A stretch of 64,000 bases of DNA from Selaginella moellendorffii (taxonomy: Eukaryota > Plantae > Lycopodiophyta): assembly GCF_000143415.4 (NCBI RefSeq), contig NW_003314340.1, positions 738,161 to 802,160 of the forward strand. Reading direction: 5' to 3'. A program made the position numbers and the translations under genes. This document shows positions 1 to 12,950 of the stretch, piece after piece. Numbering within the stretch: position 1 is the first letter of the stretch; each line of letters opens with the position of its first letter. Below the pieces are notes generated by a model. The model did no database searches. It saw only the letters and a program-made list of their open reading frames with translations, and was not told the DNA's origin.

Positions 1-121
1 AATCGACCTTCCTCTTGTGTTCTTCGAGCCCATGAAGATCAAAAGTAAAAAACCACGGCCCCCCAAAACTTTGATCTTCGCAAACTCCTGCAATCGAATC
101 GAGCAAAAGAGAGGAAGAAGA

Positions 122-1426
122 TCACGCGGCAGCTGTGAGGAGGCAAGTGTTGTCTTCCTTGTTCCTGTTCTTGCCGCTATCACCGCCAGCGCCATCGTTG
201 TTGCTGCCACTCCCATCGATGCATTCCCTGTAAGCCCTGTGAAGAAGCTTGAGCAGATCCCCGGCCTTGTGCTTGGTCCTTGGATTACACCCAATCTGGA
301 GGAAGAAGAAGAGCTTGGGGAACAAACCCACCTCCACCATCCTCCTCTTGACGATCTCATCCGGGCAATACTTGCAAACCGCCCACAGCACATCGATCGC
401 GTACTCGGTCGCCATATCCGACACCTTGAACAGCTTCCGCGCCACCGCCGGCACCGCCAGCGCGTGCCGCGCCACCGCCGCCCGCCCCTCGGCGCAGCCA
501 CACAGGCATTCCAGCGCCGCCAGGATCGCCTCGGTGGTCACCTTGTCCGCCTCCACGAGAAGCTCCGCCAGCGGCGCCACCACGCCCGTCTCCACCAGCC
601 GGACCCTGTTCTTGAGCGGCGGGCACACCGCCAGCACCGCGCGGAGGCTCCCCCGGATCGCTGGGCGGTGGCGCCGCTGGGAGTGATCCTCGCCCACCAG
701 GCGCACCAATCCCTCGAAGATCCCCGCGGTGGCGCCGACCGCGCCGCGCGCCTCCTTGTCCGCGCAGCACAGCTCCTCGATCAGCGCCGCCGCCGAGACC
801 CGCGTGTGGAGATCGCCCCTCTGGAGGAGCCGGGCGATGGCGGCGAGATTGCGCGGGGAGAGTAGCTCCTTGCGAGAGGGCTCGTCGAGATTCGCGATGA
901 GCGGCGGGAGGAGGGAGAGGATCTGGGCTTGCGAGTCTTCCTCGTCTTGCTCTTGGCCTTGATCCTCCGAGAAGGACGATACCAGCACTGGCGCTAGCCC
1001 CGCCCGGATCAAGAGCGTCTTGCTCCTCTCCTCCTGGCTCCTCGCGATCAATCGCTTCACCGCCACGGGGCGCGAGCGGGGGATTCGCAGCTGGGCGACG
1101 AGCACTTGCGCCTCGCGGAGATCCATGGGCTGCTCGCGATCGCCCCGTGCGCCACTCTGGAATCGATTCGCGGCGCACCAGCCGTGGATGATCCTCTGGA
1201 GCGTGTGATTGGGGATGAGCTCGTGGGAGTGGAGCTCCTGCATCGTCACGGGGCACGTCCGGCGGCCCTCCTGGAACCACTTCTCGATGCTGGAGCGATC
1301 GTAAGTGATACCCGTGCACACGCTCACGGGATCGGCCATGAGGCACAGGGAGATCGGGCACTTGAAGTGCGATGGAACCTCGGGGTGATGCTTGCGCAGC
1401 GTTTCCTCCTGCTCGTCGAGACCCAT
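122..1426 (-). CDS. Plant U-box (PUB) E3 ubiquitin ligase with ARM repeats, intronless
   Basis: U-box motif VPSHFKCPISLCLMADPVSVCTGITYDRSSIEKWF..TCPVT..LIPNHTLQRIIHGWC followed by ARM-like helical repeats. The first in-frame ATG is at 1426; the ORF track extends to 1639 from a non-ATG start. Confidence 0.93.
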   Translation of the reverse strand: MGLDEQEETLRKHHPEVPSHFKCPISLCLMADPVSVCTGITYDRSSIEKWFQEGRRTCPVTMQELHSHELIPNHTLQRIIHGWCAANRFQSGARGDREQPMDLREAQVLVAQLRIPRSRPVAVKRLIARSQEERSKTLLIRAGLAPVLVSSFSEDQGQEQDEEDSQAQILSLLPPLIANLDEPSRKELLSPRNLAAIARLLQRGDLHTRVSAAALIEELCCADKEARGAVGATAGIFEGLVRLVGEDHSQRRHRPAIRGSLRAVLAVCPPLKNRVRLVETGVVAPLAELLVEADKVTTEAILAALECLCGCAEGRAAVARHALAVPAVARKLFKVSDMATEYAIDVLWAVCKYCPDEIVKRRMVEVGLFPKLFFFLQIGCNPRTKHKAGDLLKLLHRAYRECIDGSGSNNDGAGGDSGKNRNKEDNTCLLTAAA

Positions 1427-2851
1427 TTCGCGGACGGTGATTTGGGGGCGACCCACTTCCCGATCATCAAGAACGAGCACCGCCCAGGCCCGCAATCGAT
1501 CCAAATCCCCCCTTTTGCCGAGCGTGGCGATGGTCGATGGCCCCAAATCCAAACCCGAGTCGCAAACGCTCGGAGATCTTTGCCTGCATTTAACGATCCT
1601 GGGCTGGGCTTCTTGCCAGGAATCCCCAAGATCACACACACGCGGTACGAGTGGAGTAGCGCAAAAGATCGCTGCTCGCGCTCGTGGAAGGAAGGAGAAG
1701 AGTGGAAGAACCCTAAGGGAAAAGCCTGTGGAAAAAAGGGGTGGAAATAAAAACGAGCTTTTTTACCGAGGGTGGTAAATTTTGGTGCGGTGCCGGTGGT
1801 GCCTGCCACCGCACAGCACTGACTTTTGCCATGAATGCCTCCTCCCCGCTTTTAGCGGGTCAATGCCGCGTTTAATCGCGGGTTTTTCCCCCGGGTTTAA
1901 AGCGAAGTCAACTTTGCTTAAACCGGGTCGAGATTTGACCTGGTACCGAAGTCTCCGCGAATGGATCGATTCCATTCCATCCATTCGATCGATCCAAGTC
2001 TTTTTAGGGCTCTTTGCGTCGCTAGATTTTTCCACTATTTTGGAGAGTGGAGCGGTGGTCAGTCAATTGGATGATATGAAAATGAAACCTTGGAACGATT
2101 CACGAGACGTTGAACCAAAGAAAGAATGGAATATGAAAGTATAGAGTATCGTTTATCTATACTACCTACATGATGGATTTGTTTAGAATTAAAACCATGG
2201 GGGAGGGGTGTTTTACGACGACTTTGCTCCCAAGCAAATGCCGGAAAGCCTGTTGTTGTGCGATTTGTTTGATGGTTTCCACAGCTTGGGTTCGAAGCAC
2301 CTTGCTCGAGACACAGCAAACAAACAGACAGACAAAAACAATGGCAGGGCCAAAAGCTCGTCGAGCAAGCAAGCAAAATGCCCGCAAACCATATTATCCT
2401 CGTGAGTGGAAACTCTAAAGCCAAAAAATCAATCCATTCCAGGAGAGCTTTGTCCCTTGGTGATCAGATGGTTGTCCAGGAAACCGAAAGATTTTAAGAT
2501 ATCAAAGGTCGGTTTTTCCCTTGCTTTTGCGTACGGACTTTTCCGATTTCTTCTATTCCCCCCGGGCCGTACGGGCCAAAGCTGTGCACTCATTCACGGA
2601 ATCAATGAAAGCTAAACAATGCCAAACCAAGGACGGGGACTTGATCTCGCGCATTGTTTGCTTTCTTCCCAAAGACATGTTGACATTGTCATCCTCCTCA
2701 CGGACAGACAAAACCATAGAAAAATCATTCTTTTCAATAGGTGGTACCTCAAGCAAAGTATAGGGGGACTGATTAGAGAAAAACCAAGCTTCCAGAACCT
2801 GTGCTAATTTACAAAGGTGATTCACAAGAATTATTGTGGCTGCTCCAAGAA

Positions 2852-4160
2852 TCAAAGGGTGAATGGCATGTTGATATCGAAGAGATTCGCGGATGTAAGT
2901 TGTGGCTCCTGTATCCAAGAGTTATAGATCGTAGGCTATACGAGTTTCTAGAAAAGAGATACGAACCTGCGTTAATCCACCAGCGACGCTTCCACCGGTT
3001 AAAAGCATTCCTATAAGAGTTGTCACACCGCCCCCGCCGATCCCTCCCGAGGAGGTATTCGCGTTCCGGATAGCCTGACGCATCCCATTCAAGACACTTC
3101 CATAAGTTTTATGCCCGTGCTCAATGGCCTGGATAAAGCAATAAGTCATAGCTCCAGTCGAAGTAACTTTCGACAAAGCCTGCAAGTAGAACAAGATTTA
3201 GCTGCGAGCCTACGAAACTTTGCGACAGAACATACAGAAGTATCGGCCGAAGTTTGCCCGTCGTCACAGCCACTGAATGAGAACGCGTCGCCGCCGCCGG
3301 TACCTTTCCAAGCCCCGGATCGAGGCCGATGATCTTCCCAAGCAAACTGGCCATAGCTGCAAGAAACGAGAAGAAAAAAGAGGCCTTTTGAGAGACTTTT
3401 GCGTAAATCCCAAGTGAGGCATACCTGTTAAACTTGCAGAGGAAGGGAAGATCCAGCGCAGTCCCGCTGTGGCAAGCATCGATAATGCAGTGGAGCTTCA
3501 CTCCACGAGGCAAAGGCCTGACTAAAGTCGCGTTGAGCTCGTTGTCCACGAGCATTCCTTGCGTCTCAAAGTCCACGGGACAAAGCGTCTCGTCATATCC
3601 GTCAACCTCTTCGCCCGTGTAGTCCCGCTGCTGCGATCCATGGCCGGAGTAGTGAAAGACGAGAGAATCTCCCGACTTGCACCCCTGGACGAGCCAAAAC
3701 ATTGCCATCCTCATGTTTTGCTTCGTGGGAAGTCGTAGAGGGTCTCTCTCTTCCTCTGGATCATCACGAAAAAACCAACTTTCAGAAAATACCAAAGAGT
3801 CGAATCAAAGTTACCTGTGAGCATGAGGATCGAAGACTCCGGGAACTGGAACTTGTTCATGAGCAAGAACTTCATACACTTGGCGTCATTGATGCAACCT
3901 TTGAGCTGGTATCGCGAGTACTTGTAGCTGATCCCGACGATGAGCGCTCGCTTGGATCCATGAGCGCTGGGAACACTCGGGGAGTACTGGAGGGGATTGG
4001 CAGGAGGAGCTCCATTCGAGTATGGCGATGGTGGGACGTTGCGAGGCTCGGCGATGTGAGTGACGGCATGGCAAAGCGCACAGCGAATGGCCTTCGCTCC
4101 AGCCGGGAGTTGCAAAGGCGTGCGGCAATTGCTACAATTGACGAGCATGTAGGACGCCAT
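2852..4160 (-). CDS. Type I metacaspase with N-terminal LSD1-type zinc finger (multi-exon)
   Basis: CSNCRTPLQLPAGAKAIRCALC zinc finger; KRALIVGISY, LKGCINDAKCM, catalytic FHYSGHG and DACHSG motifs; last exon EPQLTSANLFDINMPFTL* ends at 2852; short GT-AG introns. Confidence 0.93.
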
Positions 4161-4957
4161 CCAGCAAAAAATTCCTCCAAAAACACGATCGAGGAGCTAG
4201 AAATAGAACCAAGAAAAATCCTCGAAGAGCTAGAACCAAGACCCAAATTCACTGCTGCCCTGGAAGCGTTTCTCAACGATCTAAGTGATCCCTAAAGAAC
4301 CCCAAATTCTCTCTGCCGCGATCGCACTGCCTCTAGGCTTACCTCGCCTTGATCCATCGCATCGCTCCCCACAACGAGCGCCACATAGGAGGACCTCTAA
4401 AGATCGCCTAGGGGTATCTCCCGACGCGCACAAATGGAAGGATCCACGAATCTAAGCGCCTAGCTACACGAGAAACACCGTCCGATCTGACGCCCCGAAT
4501 ATTCCCAAAATATGAGAATCACCCAGATCCATGACCTAGATTCCCACAGAAAGGTATATTATCAGGAATAATCTCTTCTGTACAAAAGGTATATTATTAG
4601 GAATAATCACGGTATGTTCATTTTTAGGGCTTTTCTTTTATTAGCGAAAAGTTACTATTCGTAACGTTTGACTTAGTGCGGCACATGTTTCCCAGGGAGT
4701 GGCCACAAACAGTCACGAGACCGGTCAAAGATTTTGGCCGGTCAATCCGGGCCGCGTCAAATCAAAACACTTAAAGCACGCGCCTGTAAGCTTCGCTCCA
4801 TGCTTGCTCTGCGGCGGCGACGCTATAAAAACGAAAAATCTCAACGATGCTGGAGCACTGCGAGACCCAATCAGTTAGAAGAGCGCCCGAGAAAGAGAAT
4901 TCTATCCATTCCCTGATTCGATCGATCGATTTGGTGGTCAGAAGATAGAAGCTTTGG

Positions 4958-5536
4958 ATGAAAATGGCGCCAGGATCGATTGCCGGCTTGCTGCTCTTGA
5001 TGGCGCTGGCTCTGTCCATGCCTGGGATGGAATGCTCGCGGTTGGAGCCTCGGAAGAACATCGAGGAGCGATCGCCATCGGGTCTTGAGCTCCGGAGCAA
5101 ATTCGTAGCGCCCTCCGGCCCCAATCCGGGGGGGAATGCCGCGATCCTGGGAGGCAAGAAGGAGGTCTCTCGATCGACGCTCATTGGGGCCAAATTCGAT
5201 GCTCCATCAGGCCCCAATCCAGGGGGGAATCGCTTCGCTCAAGGCGCCAAGCTCGAGATCGAGCTGGGCAGCAAGATGCCCAAGGGAAACTTCACCCCCA
5301 ATCCAGGACCCAGCAAGGATCACAATGCGCAGACGATGGGCTCGTCGTCCAGAGTGGCGATTAGCAGCAAATTGCCCAAAGGCAGCACGCCGGGCTCGAG
5401 CCCCAGCCCGGGACACAACTCGGTGTCTAGAATGCTCAAAGTTCCATCGCCGCCATCCTCCAAGATCGCCTGCACCGACGGCCTGGATTCCAGCTCCAGC
5501 TTGCTTGCAACGGCCCAGATCTTCTCCCATAATTAA
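4958..5536 (+). CDS. Secreted small-peptide precursor with two CLE-like and two IDA-like motifs
   Basis: N-terminal hydrophobic signal peptide; motifs KFVAPSGPNPGGN, KFDAPSGPNPGGN, SKMPKGNFTPNPGPSKDHN and SKLPKGSTPGSSPSPGHN; TATA-like element near 4824. Confidence 0.75.
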   Translation: MKMAPGSIAGLLLLMALALSMPGMECSRLEPRKNIEERSPSGLELRSKFVAPSGPNPGGNAAILGGKKEVSRSTLIGAKFDAPSGPNPGGNRFAQGAKLEIELGSKMPKGNFTPNPGPSKDHNAQTMGSSSRVAISSKLPKGSTPGSSPSPGHNSVSRMLKVPSPPSSKIACTDGLDSSSSLLATAQIFSHN

Positions 5537-6595
5537 AGGGGAAAAGGAGATCCAAAACAACATTTTTTGTAGGAGTATGATGATCTTGAAAACGTGTACA
5601 TTTCAGTAAATACGAAAAAGTGCATATATGTATAATTCTCGGAGTTAATTTCGAGATCTAGCTGGTAGAGCTGAGTTCTTGAGATTGTTCTTACTTCTCT
5701 GGTTCTAGATTCATCGAAGCTTTAGAAATCTCTCCACAAAGACGTGATGAAATCGACGCTCTCGGGAAAATTTACAAGAACATTATGAATGGATTTTCAA
5801 CGAGAAGGAGACTCTCGCAAAAACTGTGGTTTGTTCATTGCGAGTTTAGTTTTAATGTCAAGAGCTTGCAGTAGAAACCAAGGACGAGGATCATGCTCTT
5901 GCAAAAATGGTTCTTTATCAGCGATGCGCAGGCAAAAAGCAAGATCCTATAACTTTTTCGCTAACCAAAGGAAGAACAAAGTAATAGCGAAGGATCCAGT
6001 CGCGGGGACTACGAGAATACAAAGTCTGTACGTTTTTGCGGTTTTAAACGCTTACGAAAGCGAAGTTTCCACCACAGGGACACGACACCAAGATCGTGTC
6101 AAGGAATCGATGGAAAACTGGGAAGAAAGTGAACTTCCTAGAACTGATCGATTGTTTAGTTTCTTGTCTACACCCAGATTGGAACGACTGATAACTGGAA
6201 GTCATGGAGTGGCTCCACGAGAGAAAAGTATAAAGAAGAAAGAACGCGCCGATTTCTCGTTGCTTGATTCAAGTACTACGGTAGGTTTGTGTAGTTTTTC
6301 TTCGTTTCACGATTATTATATTGGGAGATCGAGGCGCAGACAAACTTGAAGTTGTAGATTGATTCGAAAGACACAGGAAATCCCGAGCAGGACGTAGAAA
6401 TGCTGGAAGCATCGAAGAAGAGCTCGAGTGGGATGAGAAATACGAACGCAAGAACAAAGGGGGAACAAACCGCGACATGGTTGAAAGCATTTGGACGAAC
6501 TTCGAGGAAATCAAACCGAAGGTTTTATTTCTTCGCCGAGGATATGATACAATCTTAATAAAATGAATCAATATATGTATAAGAATTGATATTGA

Positions 6596-8085
6596 TCACA
6601 TCTCGTTGATCGCCTGGGGGTGGTAGTAGCACATCTCCCTCCACACATACTCCCGCAAGTTACTGCTCGTGTCGACCATTTGATCCTCCATGACATCCGG
6701 AGGGATGATATTGTCCGGACGAAACTGGTAGACATCTCCAGCGTGATTGTCGTGAACCAGATTGAAGTACGGATGATCCAGCGCCTCCGACACGGTGATC
6801 CGCTCCTTTGGATCGAAGGCAAGCATCCTCTCGATGAGCTGCAACGCCTGCGGATTCGCGTGTGGATAGAGGCGAGACAATGGAACTCTCGGCGTTGGTG
6901 GCAAGGAGCGGATGTAGCTTCGAGCTTTGTGGTTGCTGATGAACCCGAGCTGGCTCTCCTTGGGCGATCCGATCACGTCGATGATGAGCTTGAGCTGGTT
7001 GATGTAGTTCTTGCCTGGGAAGATCGGCTTTCTCCCCAGGAGCTCGGCGAAGATGCATCCCACGGACCAGATGTCGATGGCGCTGGTGTAGTCCTCGCAC
7101 GAGAGGAGGAGTTCCGGAGCGCGGTACCAGCGAGTGACGACGTACTCGGTCATGAACTGGCCTTTCTCTCGCCCGGTTCTCGCGAGGCCGAAGTCGGCGA
7201 TCTTGAGATCGCAGTTTGCGTTGAGGAGTAAGTTGCCGGGCTTTAAGTCGCGGTGGAGAACGTTGGCCGAGTGGATGTACTTGAGACCACGAAGCAGCTG
7301 GAAGACGAAGAACACACACACGTCAATGAAGAAAAAACAAATTTTTACGACGGTAGAAACTAGACGGACTGGGAACAGAGGATTTTCATGAGAAAAAAGC
7401 ATGATTTTGATGACTGAAAATCGAAGGACAGCATAGAACTAAGTAGATGAGATCGCGGAGGAGCTGGGACACAGACCAAAACTTAAGAAAAACTGATTTT
7501 GCGACGTATGGTAGAACCAAACGAGCCATACTTGGATCAAACAACTTAGAGAACATAACAAGACGTAGGAAATACGGAGAGATAACAAGAAAAAAACCGA
7601 GCTGAAAACGAAGGACTATAACCAGGCACAGCTAAACGAGGAAAGGAAACAAGGAAGAGTACCTGATAGATAAAGAACTGGTAGTGCTCGTCCGTGAGGG
7701 GCTGCGAGGAGCGGATGATCTGGTGCAAATCCGTGTCCATGAGCTCGTAAACCAGGTAGACATCGTTGAAAGTGTATCTCCCGACGGGCTTCATGATATC
7801 CAGCAGCCCCACCACGTTTTCGTGCTGCAAGTACCGCAGCAGTCGCATCTCCCGCAAAGTTCTCAGCGCGTCGATGGAGTTCTCGAAAGCATTCCCAATC
7901 TTCTTAATGGCAACCTTGTCCCCGGTCTCCAGATTATCGGCCGAGCACACCACTCCATAAGCTCCCTTCCCCAGCGGACGAATTGGAACATACTTGGTGT
8001 CGATCTCAAACAAGCTGTGCCACAGCATGTAGTAGTGCTTGTCTGGAGGGCAGTAGCCATTTGGAGGATCCATCTTGGTTGCCAT
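6596..8085 (-). CDS. Mitogen-activated protein kinase, TEY type, group C (MPK1/2/7/14-like); two coding exons
   Basis: [31 protein letters not shown]-terminus, [25 protein letters not shown] and [14 protein letters not shown]; one intron at about 7298-7662. Confidence 0.95.
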
Positions 8086-9058
8086 AGCTGTGAGAGTGAG
8101 AGACCTCTATCTCCTTGAGCGAAGGCTCTCTATCTCGGCTTGAGACCTCTACCTCTCGTTCGTCCGTTCTCTCGAACAGAGAGAAAGAGAGCGAGAGATC
8201 TAGCCGAAGCTGCTGCTGCTGCTACAATTTCCCCCAAGTTTCTTTCCTCTCCCAATTCGAGCTCTGGCTGAGATCTGATACTACTCGGTTTACCTCTTCT
8301 TTCGTGGCAGCCAGTGGCTAGTTTGCTCGCCCACGGCACTCCTGGAAAAAAAGGATAAATAGGCCTAGAGATGGAAAGAAAACGTAGTGACCGTGTCAAG
8401 AATACTGCGCAGCTAAACACGAACGCTGGAAAGGACTGTGGGCGAGGAGATTAGTTTTCGCACTTTTCTATCGATTTTAATTGCGTTTGTTGGAAAGACT
8501 TACTCACACTCGTCGTCTGGAGACGCACGAGCATTTTGTACAGGGGCGCCGAGGGCCACAAACAAAAATAACACGCTAATACAGAGAGACACAGTCGTGG
8601 CTATGGCGATGGCGATGAAATGGGGCCGCCAGGGATGGCGAAGTTGGAACCAGTATGCGCAACACAACAACAACGAAGAAAAACCATCTCGATCGCGTTC
8701 TTGGGTTTACCTCTCAGGTCAGAGGAGGAAACCAACAAAGAAAGTGGAAGGAAGAAAAAAAATAACTTGGGCAAAGTCAAAAAAGCAGTATCGCAATCTT
8801 ACTCTTGGAGCGAGCATCTTGAGGTCGCGACTAGAGAAAACGAAAGAACGAAAACTTTGAACAAAGAAAAAGAGAATGTTTGAGAAAAAAGGTTGATCTT
8901 TCAGTGTATACTTAGCTAGCTAGTGGATCTGATCGAAGCCCACAACGAAAGAGCGCTACAGAAAAAATTAGTAGAAAGAGAAGACCATTGAAATTTCAAA
9001 ACGATGAAAGACGAAAATGCGTCGTGAACAAAAACACGGATCTATCTACATGGGTAAC

Positions 9059-9132
9059 ATCCGTTGCCGGGATTTGAACCCGGGTCGCCTGGGTGAGAGC
9101 CAGGTATCCTGACCGGACTAGACGACAACGGA
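9059..9132 (-). tRNA. tRNA-Glu (anticodon CTC)
   Basis: Reverse complement TCCGTTGTCGTCTAGTCCGGTCAGGATACCTGGCT-CTC-ACCCAGGCGACCCGGGTTCAAATCCCGGCAACGGA. Acceptor stem TCCGTTG/CAACGGA, anticodon stem CCTGG/CCAGG, T-loop TTCAAAT; a T-run terminator lies downstream (A-run at about 9030-9034). Confidence 0.93.
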
Positions 9133-12100
9133 TTTATTAGTCGGGCTGGCTAAGCTGCCAGATAATTAATACCCGTACCTCTTTTCTCGCCGGAAAGATA
9201 CCGTACGATTCAAACCAGAAGAATCAGTGGAATACACAGATCTCGTGGTGTGTTATGGAAGAACGAAAGAGAACGAGGACGAAGGAAAGAACATTTATTT
9301 TCTACCAAAGTTTCGATTTAAGTCGAGTGACGATCACTTGACTTGGATTCCAAACTTTGGGACGATGGCCGATCGCTCACTACTCTCCGAGGCTGAAAGG
9401 ATTTGGGTAGCTGAACGGAAGCGAGGAAGCCCACTGCGAGTAGAAGAAGTGCTGGAGCATGAGCGGCGGCGGCGTAGCACTGATCCCCATCTGGAAGCAG
9501 TAGTACTGCGCCGCGGTGACGGGAATCGCCGAGGCCCAGACGAGGAAGCAGAGTGGCGGCGGTAGCAGCCATGGAATAGGTGTCCAGCTCGAGGCGATGA
9601 GCAAGTTCATCAGAAACGGTGGGAAAAACATGGTGATCGACGGGTGGAATCGAGTGCCAAAGTTGGAGAAGAGTTTAGGCGATGAATCTCACTCGAAGAG
9701 AAAGAAGAGAACTCCTTTTTCTTCTCGATCGTTCTCCTGGTCCTCTTGAGAAGGCTCTACACTCACACCTGGAAGAACTTGGGAGAGAGCAATAGTTCTA
9801 AGTAGAAAGAAAAACACTATGCTCACTTATAGCAAGCTAGAAAACGCACAATCCACTTTTACCCGGAGAAGGCCACGCATGCGCGAATTGGAGGAATCAA
9901 AGACTCACATTCCTAGCGTTCGTTCTTCCTCTCCTCCTCTTCTCTCTCTCTCTCTCGCACCAATTCCTTGCTTTGTTCGCTCGCTATAAACAAAGCGCCT
10001 TAAATGATGCGCAACGGACGATCAAACAAGAGAGAAGAAAGGATCGAAACAAAAGCAGTGAAAAAACTCGCGAGAGAAAGAGAGAAAGCGCTGCGCTGCG
10101 CAGCGCCCCCTCCACAGCAAAGCAGCGAATTAGGGCAGAAAAGCTGGAAGAAGAACAAAGTGTTAAACGAGAGCTCCTAAATGGGAAAGGAGGTTTAAAA
10201 TTTAATACACATTTGCATGCCAGGTACACGTGTCGCGCAAGCGAGAACAAGGAATCTTCTTCTTTTTCTTCGTATGGAGATGGCGGCTCGCAAAAAATAA
10301 TAGAAAGCCATGCTTGAGAAGAACCTGACGCTGGATCTGGCGAGAAATCAGTGTCTCTCTCGCGGGAGCTCCTGGAATCGATGCTGCTTCTCTCCTCCAG
10401 GCGAGAAAATTTAATGCCAGTGCGAGAAGATTCTTGCCTGTGTTGTTCCTCCTGCGCTCGTCCATAAACTTTCGACGCTTGTTTCGTTCTTTGGAAGTTG
10501 AAACGATTGGGAGTGAGAGAAATGGAAGATATCTGGAACATAGAAACAAACGGAGACCTTAATGGAGCTACTGTCCGAGCTGCTGACACCATCGCTTTCT
10601 TCCTCTCTAGGAAAATATAAAGCTTTCGATTTTATTTTTTTGTCTCCACACTGTGATTAAGCTGAGAGCTCGGCGATTCATGCACTGCGCCTGTCACCAC
10701 AGAGAGATCCATTAAACACAAAAGCAAAAGAGACACATTGATTTTGTTTGTCAAACGTATTCTTTTGAATTCCAGAGGTTTTTATTCTTCCTTGGCTGGA
10801 TTGTTTCAGCCAAGGCATTAAAAGAACTACCAGTAAATAGATGGACCACAGGGAATATTTGCTAGCAGATTGCCTTGCATAAGCTTTTTTGTCTTGCACA
10901 TTCTTTTTGAGTATCTTTCATTTGAGAGTTCAAGCTTTTGTTCATGAAATGCAAAAACTAATTTGCTGTGCTGTTTGGCTTGCTTGTGTATTTTAAATAT
11001 TATATATTAAAATATATCCTCTATATATTAATTAATTTTGTATTAGTAAAATTTCCAAATTGATAACACAACAAAAAACAATTCTGAGAAAATGAAATTT
11101 TTTTTTGCACTATTTAGTTTAAAACACTTACAAATTAATAAATGAGATATATAAACACTATATAAGCAACTTTAACTTTCTCTTGGACACTTTTTATTGA
11201 TGATAGCACCTCCTCTTTTAATCAAAGAAAATGGAATACTCTGTAAGATGTTTGATTACTTTTTATATTGCTCTTTGCACTCTTATCATTGATAACTAAG
11301 AAAGAAGAAAAGGAATTTTATACTCAACAGAAGAATACTTTTAGTAGAAAACCTAGACTTTTCCCACTTCCCAGATTCAAACCCTTCTGTCTTGATTATA
11401 ATTCACAAAAGAGTAGCACAAAACAGTCTGTGAGATCTAAACACAAGATTAGTCTAAATGAATATCAAACCTTTAAATAGTAAAATATGCTCCAAAGGTA
11501 TTTGAGGTATATCCAATACCAGCCCATAGGTTTGCTAAAGCAAATTAAAGTTTTTAGTGGCTAACAAAAACAGGGTTTATTGTGCATTGCCAATATATTG
11601 GTGCTATTCCTGCTTTTGTATATTTATAAATTTTATCTATATGTGATTTGTTAGTTTCTTAAAATGTGTATTGTCTTTTATTATTTTATTCATATCCTTC
11701 CTTCTCCATTTTTGTTTGAAGTGGTTTTACTTATTGATTTTGATTGCTAATATTGAAATGTCTTGTAATTACTAGTAGTTTTTAAATATATTTTTTATAT
11801 AGTTTTGTATAAATATTTATATATTTAGTTCAGATTTATATAGATTTAGTATTGTGGGATTTTGATAGCCATCAAATTGATTTCAATCCAAACCACTCGC
11901 TTCTATATATAAGTTTAATCAAAATACATATTTCTGTATTCCATTTCTATATTATATGCACTCACACAAAATTTATAATTTTTTAATAATTTTTCTTATA
12001 TATATTATATTGCCATTAATTTTGTTTTTAAAATTTCTAATTTTTTATATTTATATTCATTTTGTGATGTCCAAATATATAGCTATAATGCTGTAAATTA

Positions 12101-12508
12101 ATATTCGTATAATGGGATTTTAATAACCATTGAATTGATTTCAATCCAGACCATTCACTCTTATATATAAACTAGGGTTTATAAGCTGATTAATATACAC
12201 ACATTTCTTTATTCCATTTCTTTATTCAATACACTTATATTAGTGGAGATAAGAGGCAACTTTGATTGTCCCTGAAGAGTGTTTGGAATTAGGATTTAAA
12301 TTTAGATTTAGCTTTTACATCATTTAGATCTTCCTTCTTTATAGCTTTTTCAATTTTTTTTCTTTTGCTTTTTCCTTTTTGTTCATCATCATAGTAGAGC
12401 AGCAGCCTCCCCCTCCTTTGACTCTAGAGCAATAGTTAGTGCAATTGCTCGATGCGATGTGATTATAGTTGAACAATTAGACTTAATTAATAGTGACATT
12501 CACAATGT

Positions 12509-12532
12509 AAGCTCTATTTCGTTAAAGTGGGA
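12509..12532 (+). repeat. Left terminal inverted repeat
   Basis: Exact reverse complement of 25732-25755. Confidence 0.92.
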
Positions 12533-12950
12533 ATTGTCATTATCCCACTTGTAAAATAAGGTTTCCAAACCTTTATATAGTATATAAATATAACAAAATT
12601 CAACTGCATTGAGGCACATGCCATTTTATTTTAAACAAGGAAATGTCTACTCAATCACTTCTCCTCCCCCTGCCACTGCTTCACCTCTCTCTTCTCCTTG
12701 TCATCGTCGTCCAATTTCTTTCCATCCTTTTAATATTGGCTCAGTTGCTCCGAGTCTAGGTGGAGCCCAAGTCCCCATTCAATCTTTACTTTCCCATTAT
12801 TAATAAAACAACTTCGTAGACTTCCAATAACATGCTGTAACACTTCTAGTATAATGCAAATCCTCTCAAAGAATTGTCTTTTAATATTAATACAATTGCA
12901 TGGAACACCATGCCATAATAAGTTACATTTTTAAATAAATACATGCCATC

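Noticed and set aside
17-1809. Long overlapping ORFs on other frames of the PUB gene
   Set aside because: Shadow ORFs caused by high GC content; no recognisable domains.
4324-4334. miR408-like seed GCACTGCCTCT
   Set aside because: Only 11 nt match and I saw no hairpin partner.
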